A stretch of 64,000 bases of DNA from Octopus vulgaris (GCA_951406725.2 OX597830.1:31248001-31312000), one strand, 5' to 3'; positions 30,588 to 45,652 are shown, counted from the stretch's first letter. The notes: a model not told the origin generated them from the sequence alone. Translations and numbers: made by a program.

Positions 30588-30626
30588 TAAACACACACAC
30601 ATATGTATGTTGTTTTTCGATTGTAT

Positions 30627-30969
30627 GTGTGGCTGTGTGGCAAGAAGTTTGCTTCCCAACCGCATATTTCCGTGTTCAGTCCCGCCCCATTGCGTGACCC
30701 CCTTGGGCAAGTATCTTCTGCAATAGCCTCGCGCCTACTAAAGCTTTGTGAGTGGACTTGATAGAGGGGAAACTGAAAGAAACTGAAAGAAGATGCCCCC
30801 ACCACCCATCATCTCTCGACAACCGATAGTGATGTGCTTACATCCCCGTAACTCAGCGGTTCGTAAAATGGTCCAATGAAATAAGTACCAGGCTTATAAA
30901 GAATTAGTCCTGGGTTCGATTTGCTCGACCAAACGCGGTGCTCCAGCATGACATCAGTCAAATGACTGA
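30627..30969 (+). mobile_element. Diverged family-A SINE
   Basis: Colinear with 30105-30508 from gtggctgtgtggcaag to cagtcaaatgactga. Confidence 0.8.
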
Positions 30970-30974
30970 TCAAA

Positions 30975-31207
30975 GGTCCTTACCGAGCTATAAGCTCATG
31001 AGGCCTGTTTCCCGAATAGTGTGGCGTACATACTCCACCACTGGACGGGATGCTATTCGATCGCAGTATTGTTAATTTAAGCCAGCCGAGTGGACTGAAG
31101 CAACGCGAAATGACATGTTTTCGCTCAAGACCAGAACGCATCGCCCAGTACACGAATCGAAACCACAGTCTTAGACCTGGAGTGCAACAGCCTAACTTCT
31201 AAGCCAC
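30975..31207 (-). mobile_element. Diverged family-C SINE
   Basis: gagtggactgaagcaacgcgaaatga...gctcaaga...gaatcgaaaccac...taagccac is the reverse complement of the family-C head and central domain. Confidence 0.65.
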
Positions 31208-31269
31208 ACACACACACACATCATATACACACACGCCCATATATATATATGTGTGTGTGTGTGTGCATA

Positions 31270-31490
31270 TGTGTCTTTGTGTCTACGTTTGTGTTTGTCT
31301 CCTACAAGCACTTGACAATCAGTAAAGGTTCTCTTTTTATACTTCTCCATAACTTAGCGGTTCGATCAAAAGTGATGGACAGAACAGGCATCAGACTTCA
31401 CAAAATAAGCACTAGGGTCGAGTTGCTCGACTAAACACTTCAGAGCAATAACAAAGCACGGCCGCAATCCAATGACTGGAATACGTAAGA
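31270..31490 (+). mobile_element. Family-A SINE 3' half (diverged)
   Basis: cttgacaatc...taacttagcggttcg...ctcgactaaa...ggccgcaatccaatgactg. Confidence 0.65.
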
Positions 31491-31574
31491 GAACATGTGT
31501 GTGTGTTTGTGCGTGCGTGCGTGCGTGCGTATGTGTGTGTGTGTACGTGTTTCTTTGCGAGTTTGTGTGTGCGT

Positions 31575-31610
<36 letters not shown>

Positions 31611-31619
31611 TTTATCTTA

Positions 31620-32340
<721 letters not shown>

Positions 32341-32692
32341 GTTGCACAAGGCTATCAAAGAAGTCATTTGTGCTTACAGCTCTTGCAAACCCACTAAAAA
32401 CGTGTGACATTCTCCGCTTGCAGCGTTTGCTTGGAGCAGTTGCAAATCGATGTCTCCCGGAATAATATAGTCAGGGAAAGAACGTAAAAGTTTGGCGGGT
32501 TGAAGGAACATAAGATTTTGGTAAAAAAAAAAAAAAAAGGCAACGACGGTGGGGGTCAAAGGTGTTGGACATAGCATATTCGACGGACGACAAAGAATGA
32601 AAGCAGCTGTGACACAGGTGAAGAATTAACAGAAGGTCAGTGAACTCTGTGGAGTTGCAGCAGTTGTAGTAGAGGCAGAAAGGAAAGAGAGA

Positions 32693-32730
<38 letters not shown>

Positions 32731-32882
32731 AACAGAGAGACAGAGAGAAAGAGAAAGAGAGAGAGAGAGAGAGGACACAGTGTGCTTGTTGGTTTAATCG
32801 GGAATGTGTTTGTCTGTGACAGTATATGCATGTGTCTGTATGTGTGCATGTGCATGTGCGTGTGTTTGAATGGCTAAGTATA

Positions 32883-32941
<59 letters not shown>

Positions 32942-32951
<10 letters not shown>

Positions 32952-33148
32952 ATCCAAACAAGAAAACACAAAAAAAAACAACAAAAAAACACAGCAACGC
33001 GAGGACGTGGAACAAATAAAGTATTATTGGACGCTCAGGAAAGAAGGGAAGAAGGAGGGTTTAACGTTCCGAGCGGAGCTCTTCGTCGGAAACATAGGAG
33101 AAGGAAAGATCCGAGAAGGGAAGACAGAGGAAAAAAAATCGCCAGCGG

Positions 33149-33149
<1 letters not shown>
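32942..33149 (-). mobile_element. ~200-bp hammerhead-bearing repeat, copy 2
   Basis: Sits in (TA)n. Minus strand 33059-33093 reads gttt-CCGACGA-a-gagc tcc gctc-GGA-ACGT-T-aaac: stems I and II perfect, two core substitutions. Confidence 0.7.
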
Positions 33150-33179
<30 letters not shown>

Positions 33180-33196
33180 ATGTGTGTATATGTATA

Positions 33197-33233
<37 letters not shown>

Positions 33234-33338
33234 GTTCCCACCACCGTACAGGTCTCTACGAGAGATTTAGAAATTCAATGTTTCTTATATATATATATAT
33301 ATACACACATACATCGCTGTATTGATAAATAGATAGAT

Positions 33339-33380
<42 letters not shown>

Positions 33381-33516
33381 ATATATATAAAATTGTATCT
33401 ATGTCTGTATATATCCGCTACACCCACAAACACCCACAAATATGTATATATGTACATAGACAAAAACAGACACAGCGCATACACATGAATATATATATAT
33501 ACATGCATACATATAT

Positions 33517-33586
<70 letters not shown>

Positions 33587-33597
33587 GTGTGTGTATG

Positions 33598-33649
<52 letters not shown>

Positions 33650-33680
33650 AAGAAATATGTAGCCTCCAAGGCATACTATG

Positions 33681-33711
<31 letters not shown>

Positions 33712-33788
33712 GAAGAAAAGAAAGTGAATGAAAAAGAGCAATTAACGAGAGAGAAAGAGAGGAGGACAGAGTAGAGAAAGAGGGAGAG

Positions 33789-33828
<40 letters not shown>

Positions 33829-34073
33829 TGAGGCCCAATACAGATGTACAAACAGAGAGATACTACGATCGATAGATTGATGAATATCGATAGATAGATA
33901 TTAATTTACGCAATAAAACATTGGATATATCAAAAATGGCAGAGAAAGAACAAAACGCTATACGTTAGATTCGTTTAACAAGATTTGAATGCCAATATCC
34001 GCTACACCCACAAACACACACACAGATATGTATGTGTATATACACAGCCATACACAAATGCATACATACATAC

Positions 34074-34121
<48 letters not shown>

Positions 34122-34235
34122 GTACACACACATACACAAAAGACATATTCATATACTAGGAATCTTCGCAGGTTACACATTTGTATCAAGAAATGTCATA
34201 TGTGAAGATCAAAATTAACCACCAAATACAAATAC

Positions 34236-34308
<73 letters not shown>

Positions 34309-34309
34309 G

Positions 34310-34431
<122 letters not shown>

Positions 34432-34928
34432 AAGTATATATGTGTGTATATGTATATATGCATACATATATACATTTATACATTTATAAACATATATACA
34501 TATATATATACACACACATATATTTATGCACATTTATGTATATTTGTATGCATATGTGTGTGTGCATGCGACTATAAATATTTTTGTTTATGAAATATGT
34601 AAATATATATTAGGTATATATATTTATATGCATATATGTATAAATAGGATACGTTACATAAAAGTACTAATATATTTGCATACATGGGAAAATATACATG
34701 GAATTGTCGGTGTGTAATGTATAGACATACGCATATAGTAACATGCATACACACATACAAACGTGTATGTGTATGCGTGTATATATATATATATATATAT
34801 ACATAAACACATTTACATAAATACATATATACATAAATATCTATAACGTATCTATCTATCTGTCTGTCTGTCTGCGTATCTATCTATCTATCTATCTATC
34901 TATTTATAATACATAATTTGTATATATG

Positions 34929-35043
<115 letters not shown>

Positions 35044-35284
35044 TGTGTATTAACGTTTCATTTTACATATATATGTATTTGAAGGAGAAGGTTGATTGTG
35101 ATTACGAAGTTACAGATTCATCGTTACTCAGATGAAATCGAGCAAGAAACTTCGAAGTTACTGTCAACATTTCCACTATGAAAGTTTATAAATATGCTCT
35201 CTACTAAATATGTAAAGCAATTCTTCAGGTTTATATTGATATCTTTCCATATATCACTAGATATGAAAACATGCGAGTGTGTGC

Positions 35285-35381
<97 letters not shown>

Positions 35382-36489
35382 ATATATATATATATATATA
35401 TATACATATATACATATATATATTCTTATATATAAATATATATAAATACATATACATATATAGCTATATATATGTGCATATACGTAACTATATAAAGATA
35501 TCCATATATATAAATATGTACACATTTACATAGAAATTCCTATATCTATATGTTGCTCTGTATATATATGTATGTGCATCTTTATACGTGTGTGTTTGTA
35601 TGTTGGTATGTGCATGCGTGTGAGCACGTATGTGTGTATGTGTGTGCATGTATATATATATATATATATTTATATATATGTGTGTATGTATATACATATG
35701 CATATACACATATACACATATATGAAACCTAAATAACTTCATTCCGTGTGATTGACGCCAAACTTTTTGTAACGAAAAACATTCCGGATGGTGGATGGCT
35801 GGTGATCGATTACGGAAACAGCTGTTCGATGGTAAAATTCCACAGAAAAGTTTTACAGGTATAATCCAGCGGTAATAAATCAATGGTAAACTCCATGGTA
35901 AGACAGTCATTGGTAAAATCCATAACCACGTTATGCTAAGACAACGTGGAGTAAAGATCCGTTTGCGCTCCGGTAGTGTTTGAATGGCGTTTCACATGGT
36001 CCCGGTACACAGCCTTATCGATGTTCACACACACACACACACACACACACACAAGACATGCATATACACATAAGTATGTATTCCAATACATGTATGCATT
36101 CTCTCGAATGTATACCACAATGTTTAAAATTTTGTGTGTTTATAGATATTGATACAGATATATATGCATTTATGTATACGTATACAGTACACATATATAT
36201 GCATGTATATATATATATATTTCGTATATGTGTATATGTAGATGTAAATATGTTTGTATGTATATATGTATATCTGTCTTCATGGATTTGTGTACGTATG
36301 TACGTTTGTATGTATATAATTCCGATCGTAAAATGTGTAACATTCACTTAAACTATATGAGCTTACAAATACACGACACACACACACGCATATACAAGCG
36401 TACACACACACACACACACACACACATGCACGCGCGCATGTATTTATTCAGATGCTCACCACCTTATATATAATTTGTGGGAAGGGGGC

Positions 36490-36536
<47 letters not shown>

Positions 36537-36541
<5 letters not shown>

Positions 36542-37760
36542 ATTCCTTAAATAATGCGTTTTTTTTATACTTCTTTTATTTTTCAATATTAAGATAAGCA
36601 AAGTTCTTTTTTACTCTAAAATATACTCTTCTACAATGCTCTTCCATCACTCAGGCTGACTTCCAAGGCCCCTTTTCTAAAATTCCCTCGTCCGTGATGA
36701 AAAATACTCATCCAATACTGTTCTGACCTCGTCTGCAGAATTCATATTTTTCCCGTCCAAATGATCTTGAATACTGCAGAATAAATGATAATCAGATGGG
36801 GCAATGTCCAATGAATATGGTAGGAGGGGCGTTGTTTCTCATTCAAACTGCTCCAGCCTCTGGAATGTCATCATCGCTGTATGTGGCCGAGCATTCGTCT
36901 TGAAACCAAAGATGGTCGTTTTTCTTCTAACGCTGACTTATGTCGTTCGAGCTGCGCGCGGTGGATCTCCTTGGTTATTGTTTGATTTGGGTTTAAAAGT
37001 GGACTAAACCATTTATATCCCACCAAACAGATAACAACACCTTACATAGGTGAAAACCTTCTTTAGTCTGGAATGCCGGTGTTTCTCTTTTCCCTACCCA
37101 CTGTCTTCGACGCTTGACATTTTTACAGAAAAACCGTTTCTGGATACCAATCACTGTTTAGTCCAAAAAAGGTTCATTCGTGAGCCGTGACAGCAAAAAA
37201 AAAAAGAACACACATTTACTCTCTGCGCGCGATTAGACTTGGAAAGTTTGTGAGGAACCCATTGACCTAAATTGCTGATTTTTCCGATGGCACACAGGTG
37301 TCGATGAATCCAAGCTCTCTGCTAGTTCTTCAAAAGTTACAATGGGATTTTGGTTCACCAGGGTTTGCAGGACGTCCTCGTCGAGCTCTACAGATCTTTC
37401 AGGACGTGGCTCGTCTTCTAGGCTGTAGTTTCCAGCTCAGAATTTCTGGAACCACCGTCGACACTGGCTTACGCTTATTGTCCGATCCCCATATACTGCA
37501 TTAATATTCCTCAAACTTTCCGTAGCATTTCTGCCTTTATTGAACTCATAAAGCAAAATATGCCGAATATGCTCCTTTGTCACTTCCATTATAGCTTTGA
37601 AAAAAATAACTGTTAAAATCGAACTGCACTCTTCAGCACTTGCACCAAGAATAAATACAGGGTAAAATTACTGCCTGCTTTTATAACAAGTTGATGCAGG
37701 TAGATTATCTTGTCCTCATACGACTTTTATTTCATGCAATTGAAAAAACCGCATTATTTA
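36537..37760 (-). mobile_element. Tc1/mariner DNA transposon, near full length, decayed
   Basis: TIR cores taaataatgcgttttttt (36548-36565) and aaaaaaccgcattattta (37743-37760); both ends in (TA)n; ~1.2 kb; contains a transposase remnant. Confidence 0.9.
36611..37589 (-). pseudogene. Mariner transposase pseudogene
   Basis: Manual translation gives MEVTKEHIRHILLYEFNKG...RRWFQKF*AGNYSLEDEPR, LGQWVPHKLS (~37255), D/NARPHTA (~36890, frameshifted) and PYSLDIAPSDYHLF (~36800). These are the WVPHEL, DNARPH and YSPDLAPxD mariner motifs, with stops and frameshifts. Confidence 0.9.
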
Positions 37761-37796
37761 TATATATATATATATAACTTATCTTCACTTTTTAAA

Positions 37797-38190
37797 AACT
37801 TTTTTACTTGTTTCAGTCATTTGACTGTGGCCTTGCTGGAGCACCGCCTTTAGTCAATCAGATCGATCCCAGGATTTATTCTTTGTTAGCCTGGTACTTA
37901 TTCTATCGGTCTCTTTTTTGCCGAACAGCTAAGTTACGGGGATGTAAACACACCAGCATCGGTTGTCAAGCGATGTTGGGGGGACAAACACAGACACACA
38001 AACACGCACATACATATATACATATATACGACGGGCTTCTTTCAGTTTCCGTCTACCAAATCCACTCACAATGCTTTGGTCGGCCCGAGGCTATAGTAGA
38101 AGACACTTACCCAAGGTGCCACGCAGTGGGACTGAACCGGAACCATGTGGTTCGTAAGCAAGCTACTTACCACACAGCCACTCCTACGCC
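37797..38190 (-). mobile_element. Full-length family-A SINE
   Basis: Reverse complement of 30105-30508 over its whole length. Confidence 0.9.
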
Positions 38191-38884
38191 TATATGCATT
38201 ATATGTATTTCTTATATATATGGAAGAAGAAAATGGAGGAAAATATCAGGAAGAAGTTGGTCGCAAGAATGTACGTACATATGAATATGCATGTTGTATA
38301 ATTCTGACTGAACATTGTAAAACATCCATTTCATTTGAATTATAGGAGTGCACGCGCACCCACACATAGACACACACACACACATATGCACATGCATACA
38401 TACGCACACACACACACACAAACACGCACACAAACACACATACGTGTTCGTACGTGTACGTATGGTTGCATTGCCAAATAATACTTGATCCTACGCGCTT
38501 CTTTTAGTGTACGTATGTAGGTCATGGAAAGACGTTTTGGACAGATCACTTGCCCTCGGCATATATCAAGGGAGTCCTTCGATTGTACGATCGTAGAGAT
38601 CCCACTGTGTCAGGAGGACTCAGGCCTCCTCCTCCTCCTGATCATCATCATCATCATCATCGTCATCATCTTCATCATCATCATTATTTTCATTACCGTC
38701 ATTTATGTGTTTTGTCTTTTTTTTTATTGTCGACTTTCTATCTAAACCCCTTACACATCCTTTTCTTGCAGAGTTTGGCTTTGGTTACCTTAGTGGCAAA
38801 TAAAATTAATCATTGGTAGTTTGCGATGCTACCCTTCATCAATACCCTGGTGGCAAATGAAAAAAGCCATATTTATTATCAGTA

Positions 38885-38954
<70 letters not shown>

Positions 38955-38955
<1 letters not shown>

Positions 38956-39090
38956 TCACCAAGGTCACCTTTGCTTTTCATCCTTTCGGAGTCGATAAAA
39001 TAGTAGCGGTTGACAACTGGGGTCGATGTAATTGACTAGCCCTCACCTCTGAAATTGCCGGCCTGGTGCCAAAATTTGAAATCATTGTTG

Positions 39091-39158
<68 letters not shown>

Positions 39159-39300
39159 GTTATTATTATTATTATCATCATCATCATTAAAGGCGGTGAG
39201 CTAGCACAATTGTTAGTACACCGGATGAAATGCTTTGCGGCATTTCGTTCGCCTTTACGGTCCGAGTTCAAACTCCGCGAAATGCGACCTTGCCTTTCAT
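38955..39300 (+). mobile_element. Two family-B SINE fragments separated by (ATT)n
   Basis: ttttcatcctttcggagtcgataaaa...ggggtcgatgtaat, then ggcggtgagctagcac...gagttcaaactccgc...gcctttcatc. Confidence 0.7.
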
Positions 39301-39329
39301 CAAACTGTCACGAGATGGGATTTGTGGTC

Positions 39330-39369
39330 GATTATTATAATCATTATCATTATCATTATTATTATTATA

Positions 39370-39466
<97 letters not shown>

Positions 39467-39536
39467 TATATTATTATTATTATTATTATTACTATTATTA
39501 CTATTATTATAATTATTATTATCATCATTATTATTG

Positions 39537-39585
<49 letters not shown>

Positions 39586-39587
39586 CA

Positions 39588-39639
<52 letters not shown>

Positions 39640-39725
39640 CATCATTATTATTATTATTACTATCATTATTATTATTAATATTATTATTATTATAATTATT
39701 ATTATTAGTATTAGTAGTAGTAGTG
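39330..39725. repeat. (ATT)n/(ATC)n microsatellite
   Basis: Directly visible. Confidence 0.95.
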
Positions 39726-40071
39726 CGAAGAGCAGGCTGAATCGGTAGCGACTTAGTGACACTTCTTTCGGTCCTTAATGATCTGAATTCATATTCCACC
39801 GTAGTTTAGCGCTGGTATTCATCCCTTGTGGTGTAATCAACAGGTGCCGGCCCTAAATTTCAAGCCTTGTGCCTGTATTACAAACGATAATTTTTCGCTC
39901 AAATCTTTATCGAACCATTTTTCTGATCCATTCGAATATGGCAAACGAGATTAAAGTGTTACGTAACAAAAAACAACCCCAACCCCCCAAAAAGCCCCTC
40001 ATTTATCTGCAACACTTCAGTGTTCTTTCTAGCACTTTAGAAGAATCTATTTATCCATATACACGTACAGC

Positions 40072-40406
40072 TAAAGGGTAAAGACCCCCTTCGGTCATGA
40101 ACGACTATAGGAGTGCATCTAGAAAGTTCCACCTCCGAGGCACAAGTGCGGGCAAGGTTCTTTTTTGGAAGAATAGCAGTCGCCCATGCATACCAGCCTC
40201 TCCTCTCCACGCCACAGATGTTATCCAAGAGAAAGGGAAATGCAGATAGAGCTTGGAACCAGTGATGTGGAATTTCATTTCTACAACTAAGTCAACTGGA
40301 GCAACGTGAAATAAAGCGTTTTGTTAACAATACAACACAAAAGCCGGCCCGGGAATCGAACTCACTAACTCGTGAGTGTGAGCCACGACGATCTAACCAC
40401 TGAGCC
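40072..40406 (-). mobile_element. Family-C SINE with alternative 3' tail
   Basis: actggagcaacgtgaaataaag...ccgggaatcgaactcac...aaccactgagcca (head and central domain, reverse). Tail resembles 56780-56865. Confidence 0.7.
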
Positions 40407-40697
40407 AACCATCCATATATCCATCTATGCATGCATCCATCAGCCATCCAACCGTCTCTCAAACCATATGTAGGAATGTTTCTTATACGCTAACGCATGT
40501 ATCGATATGCAGACACATGCGTACGTATATGCATACGTATGCGTTAGTGTGTGAGGTTGTGTGCATATATGTATAGATATATCTATAAATGTACACACAC
40601 ACACACACATACAGTCATGCATATATATGTATATGTGCATATGTGTATATATATGCATACATACGCAAAAAGACATGCATAGACACACACGTACACG

Positions 40698-40766
<69 letters not shown>

Positions 40767-41228
40767 CAGACGTAATTCCTGGAATTGAAACCACAATTCC
40801 TAAAAATCGAAAGCTTATAACAGAAGCAGGGTACGTATTAGGTCAGTGTACCCTCAGACCAGTTTCTTGTATTGATTCAAAAGCTTTATATTAAAATCGG
40901 GTTAGTTATTTGCATCAATATATTTTTATTTATCTCAGCCATGCTTCGCTTGCCTTAAGGAATGCGACGCCAATGATGTGTGTGTGTGAGTGTAGTTCAC
41001 GTCGTAATAAGTTATAGACCTCGCAGAGAAAGTGAAATAATTCTTGTCGGAATAGTGGATCACGAAGAAGATGATAAGGCTACAAAGAATAGCATACAGA
41101 TATCGGTAACCTTCCACGTTTTCTATCCAATATCTATTTATGTATGTATGTATGTATGTATGTATGTATGTATGTATGTATGTATGTATGTATGTATGTA
41201 TGTATGTATGTATGTTTCTATCTATCTC

Positions 41229-41269
<41 letters not shown>

Positions 41270-41549
41270 TTCTCTCCCAATCTCCCACCCCCACTATATA
41301 TATGTATATATATATACATACATATATATATATACATACATATATATATATATGTATATATATATGTATATATATATGCATACATATATCCATACATATG
41401 CATATATATATATACACACATATATATACACATATATACATATATATATACATAAATGTATGTATGTATGTATGTATATATATATACACGCACATATATA
41501 TATATATACATATACACACACTAACACACACACATACACACTCACACAC

Positions 41550-41598
<49 letters not shown>

Positions 41599-42193
41599 GA
41601 TACATATATATATACATATATATAAGTTGACAGATGTTAAACTGGAGGCCCCTGAATAATTTCTGAATAAATTTTTAGCTTGAGCAATTGTACGATTGTG
41701 TTTGAGTATAAGTGAGTGCGAGTATGTGTGTGTGCGCGTGTGTGTGTGTGTGTGTGCGTGCGTGCGTGTGCGTATGTGCGTGTGCATGTGTGTGCGGACG
41801 TGTCAGTGTGTGTGTGTACGAAAACATTTGTACATATCTTGTTACCTCCTAATCTCAAAGGCTATCTCGATTCGATTTTCGATGGCATTTTGATACAATT
41901 ATCAAGGTATTTCACAACACTAAACGGTGTATATTACGCTTTGAGAAAACGTATCGCGGGTTAAATTTACAATGAGGGTTGCTGCTTAAAATTACAGCAG
42001 TGCAGAAGCTTGTATTTATTGAAAACCTATCACAAAGGTCTTTGAATAACTTGACATATTGGTCAATATATAACTAAAAATGAAGGAAATTGTTTGTCCA
42101 AATCTGCGATGCTTTTTACATGTCTGCTCTCTGAGGGTTACTTTGGTGATAAACTAGAATAGCAACTTCCTTCGCCCTTGTGGCAAATAAATG

Positions 42194-42194
<1 letters not shown>

Positions 42195-42227
<33 letters not shown>

Positions 42228-42272
42228 CATCATTATTATTATTATCATTATTATTATTATTACTATTATTAC

Positions 42273-42343
<71 letters not shown>

Positions 42344-42361
42344 TATTATTATTATTATTAC

Positions 42362-42454
<93 letters not shown>

Positions 42455-42536
42455 CATTATTATTATTATTACTATTATCATTATCATTATTATTATTATT
42501 ACTATTATTAATTATCATTATCATTATTATTATTAC

Positions 42537-42591
<55 letters not shown>

Positions 42592-42592
42592 T
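42195..42592. repeat. (ATC)n/(ATT)n microsatellite
   Basis: Directly visible. Confidence 0.95.
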
Positions 42593-42738
42593 AAAACAGT
42601 CTGGTTCGGCACAACGCGACTTAAAGTTCCATAGCCTCGTTACAGGAACCTAGCTCGACGGGCTCATCCGCGTGCGCGTGTGTATAGACGTATATGTATG
42701 TGCATGTGTGTGTGCGTGTGTGTGCGTGCGTATGTATG

Positions 42739-42785
<47 letters not shown>

Positions 42786-42788
<3 letters not shown>

Positions 42789-43031
42789 TAAAAGAGCGAC
42801 AGATCGATATTAGTTCATTCTCTACAGCTGTTTCAAACTAATTTTTTTATTATTGATTAATAAATTTATTACATCTTACGAAAAATAACCCGTTTTCATC
42901 TCGTGAATATACACCCGATGAAAATGTTTTTTTTTTCGCATGACGATTATTAATTCACCAATAAGAAAATTCGTTTGAAACAGCTGTAGTGAATGAACTA
43001 ATATACGTCTGTTGTTATTTGTTTATTATTC
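42786..43031. mobile_element. Inverted repeat made of two head-to-head hammerhead-like units (Penelope-like inverted ends)
   Basis: atattagttcattctctacagctgtttcaaac (42807-42838) vs gtttgaaacagctgtagtgaatgaactaatat (42973-43004), one mismatch. Plus unit reads cac-CCGATGA-aaatg...cgttt-GAA-ACAGCTGT-A-gtg. Confidence 0.65.
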
Positions 43032-43855
43032 ACCTTACTCGGAACCTGGAATTAGCGTGGAGCTGGAGTTTATTAAGTGCAGTACAATTGGTGCGGTGTG
43101 TTTTCCTAAGTAGCCTCGAGAGCAGTGGTATACTCAGTGAGGCGCTTGTGATCGTATATGCAACTAAAATATCACTCCATCTGTTGCTTCGGTATGTACA
43201 TATATGTTCCTCTAATTTGTTCTTCACACGATTTGCAATTTCTTTGACCTGAACTTGGTGTTTTATTATTTAGGTACCCGATTCACTTGGCTCCAGAACT
43301 TATATATATATATATATATATATATGTATAAATATCGAACAATATTTTCGTTTTTTAACCCAAAATAGAAGCGGACACTAATTTCTCAATGTGATCAACT
43401 TGGAAATTGTTAAGATATTTTCTAATCATGAAACCAATGGTAGCCTTACTACACAAATAAAGCGGAAATAACAGCAATAATATAACAACAAGTTAATGAT
43501 GTGGATTAAAAAAATATCTCTAGCATATAAATGTAAACAAATTACAGAATATCGGTACGCCTGCCAAAACGTGATGTTTATGCTGCATGCGGATTGGTCA
43601 AAACTGTATTCTAAAAATTCAGCTTGCTGGAGCATTCTAAGAGGTACTAAAGTTATCAAGAACTCTACTGTCAGTTAAACACATTTGAAATCTGATGATT
43701 ACTCAATGTATGAAAGCGCAAATATAATTTTATGAGCATTATCAAATACAACTATTTTTAATGTTACAATACCATAATAAAAAACATGAAAACCGGACCA
43801 TGTTTTGACTTTACTCAACTGTTATATTATTCTATACGCATTTACACAAATCCTA

Positions 43856-44027
<172 letters not shown>

Positions 44028-44119
44028 CATACATATATATATATGGCCGCATTCTAATAACTAAAACAAATAGAAGAGATATGTTCATGTATTCATACAT
44101 ACATACATACATACATACA

Positions 44120-44151
<32 letters not shown>

Positions 44152-44678
44152 CAGTATCGTCTCGATATGCGAATTAAATTGTTTCTGGAGATCGCTCGTA
44201 TAGCGAAAACTCGTAACGCACAGCAATAAGTCCCCTTAGCAGCAATGTTATAATTCGTTCCTAGCAAGATGTTTTACCTATAAAATTTATAATACTCGTA
44301 AATAAATGGCAATAGAATGTAAAGAATATTTTATGCAAAGTAAGAAGAGTGTCAAGACCATTTACAATTAAAAAAATATATTATTATATACAATCGTTTT
44401 CTGAATCACTTTTCTTCACAGTAGATTCGTGCACACCATGACTTGTAGACCCAATCGTCGATTCACAAACGCTCAAAGACTGACTTATAGATTTCTTTTT
44501 AAAAGAGAAGTCCAGATTTGTGCGCTTAGAAGAAGCTTTTCTTCGCTCTCTTATTTCTCGGTAATACGCAGAAGCATTTAAGTTTGTAGAAACTTTCGCA
44601 CAACATTCAAAATTTGGATCTTGGGCTCGTAAATCTGGGATCTCGTAAAGCGGTTCCTCATATAGGGCGGTATTACTG
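44152..44678 (-). mobile_element. Tigger/pogo-like internally deleted DNA transposon
   Basis: TA|cagta...tactg|TA ends with degenerate TIRs. Minus-strand remnant AYYREIRERRKASSKRTNLDFSFKK resembles Tigger transposase C-termini. Confidence 0.65.
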
Positions 44679-44816
44679 TATATGTATACACCCCTACACA
44701 AGTACAAAGACATACATGCATATACTTGTATATATGTATACACCCCTACACACACACAAATACATACATACATACATACATACATACATACATACATACA
44801 TACATACATTTTTTTC

Positions 44817-44966
44817 TGGCACTCTGTCGGTTACGACGACGAGGGTTCCAATTGATCCGATCTACGGAACAGCCTGCTCGTGAAATTAATGTGCAAGTGG
44901 CTGAGCACTCCACAGACATGTGTACCCTTAGCGTAGTTCTCGAGGAGATTCAGCGTGACACAGAAT
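44817..44966 (-). mobile_element. Family-C SINE/LINE-derived 3' end (5'-truncated)
   Basis: Reverse complement of about 48219-48370 (tggcactctgtcggttacgacgacgagggttcca...). Confidence 0.85.
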
Positions 44967-45330
44967 GTGCATGCATACACACATACATACGTGCATACAT
45001 ACATACATACATACATACATACATACATACATACATACATACATACATACACACATACATACATACATACATACATACATACATGTATGCATACATACAT
45101 ACATACATACATGCATGCATACATACATACATACATACATACATACATACATACATACATACGTGCGTTCGTACATGTGTTATTTTAGAAGTATGACAGT
45201 ACAGGATCGTAAGTGTTTCGATATATATCGTGTATCTCGTCTGAGGTCAGAAATAAATTATTCATTTCTAACCTCAAATGAGATTCGATATGTATAGAAA
45301 CAGTTGCGTTACTGCAAGGTCATACATCAT

Positions 45331-45652
<322 letters not shown>

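Noticed and set aside
43692-43725. CTGATGA-ttactcaatgtat-GAAA-gcgcaa as a hammerhead
   Set aside because: Both cores are present but there is no UH cleavage site closing stem III and no adjacent stem I; could be chance or a dead relic.
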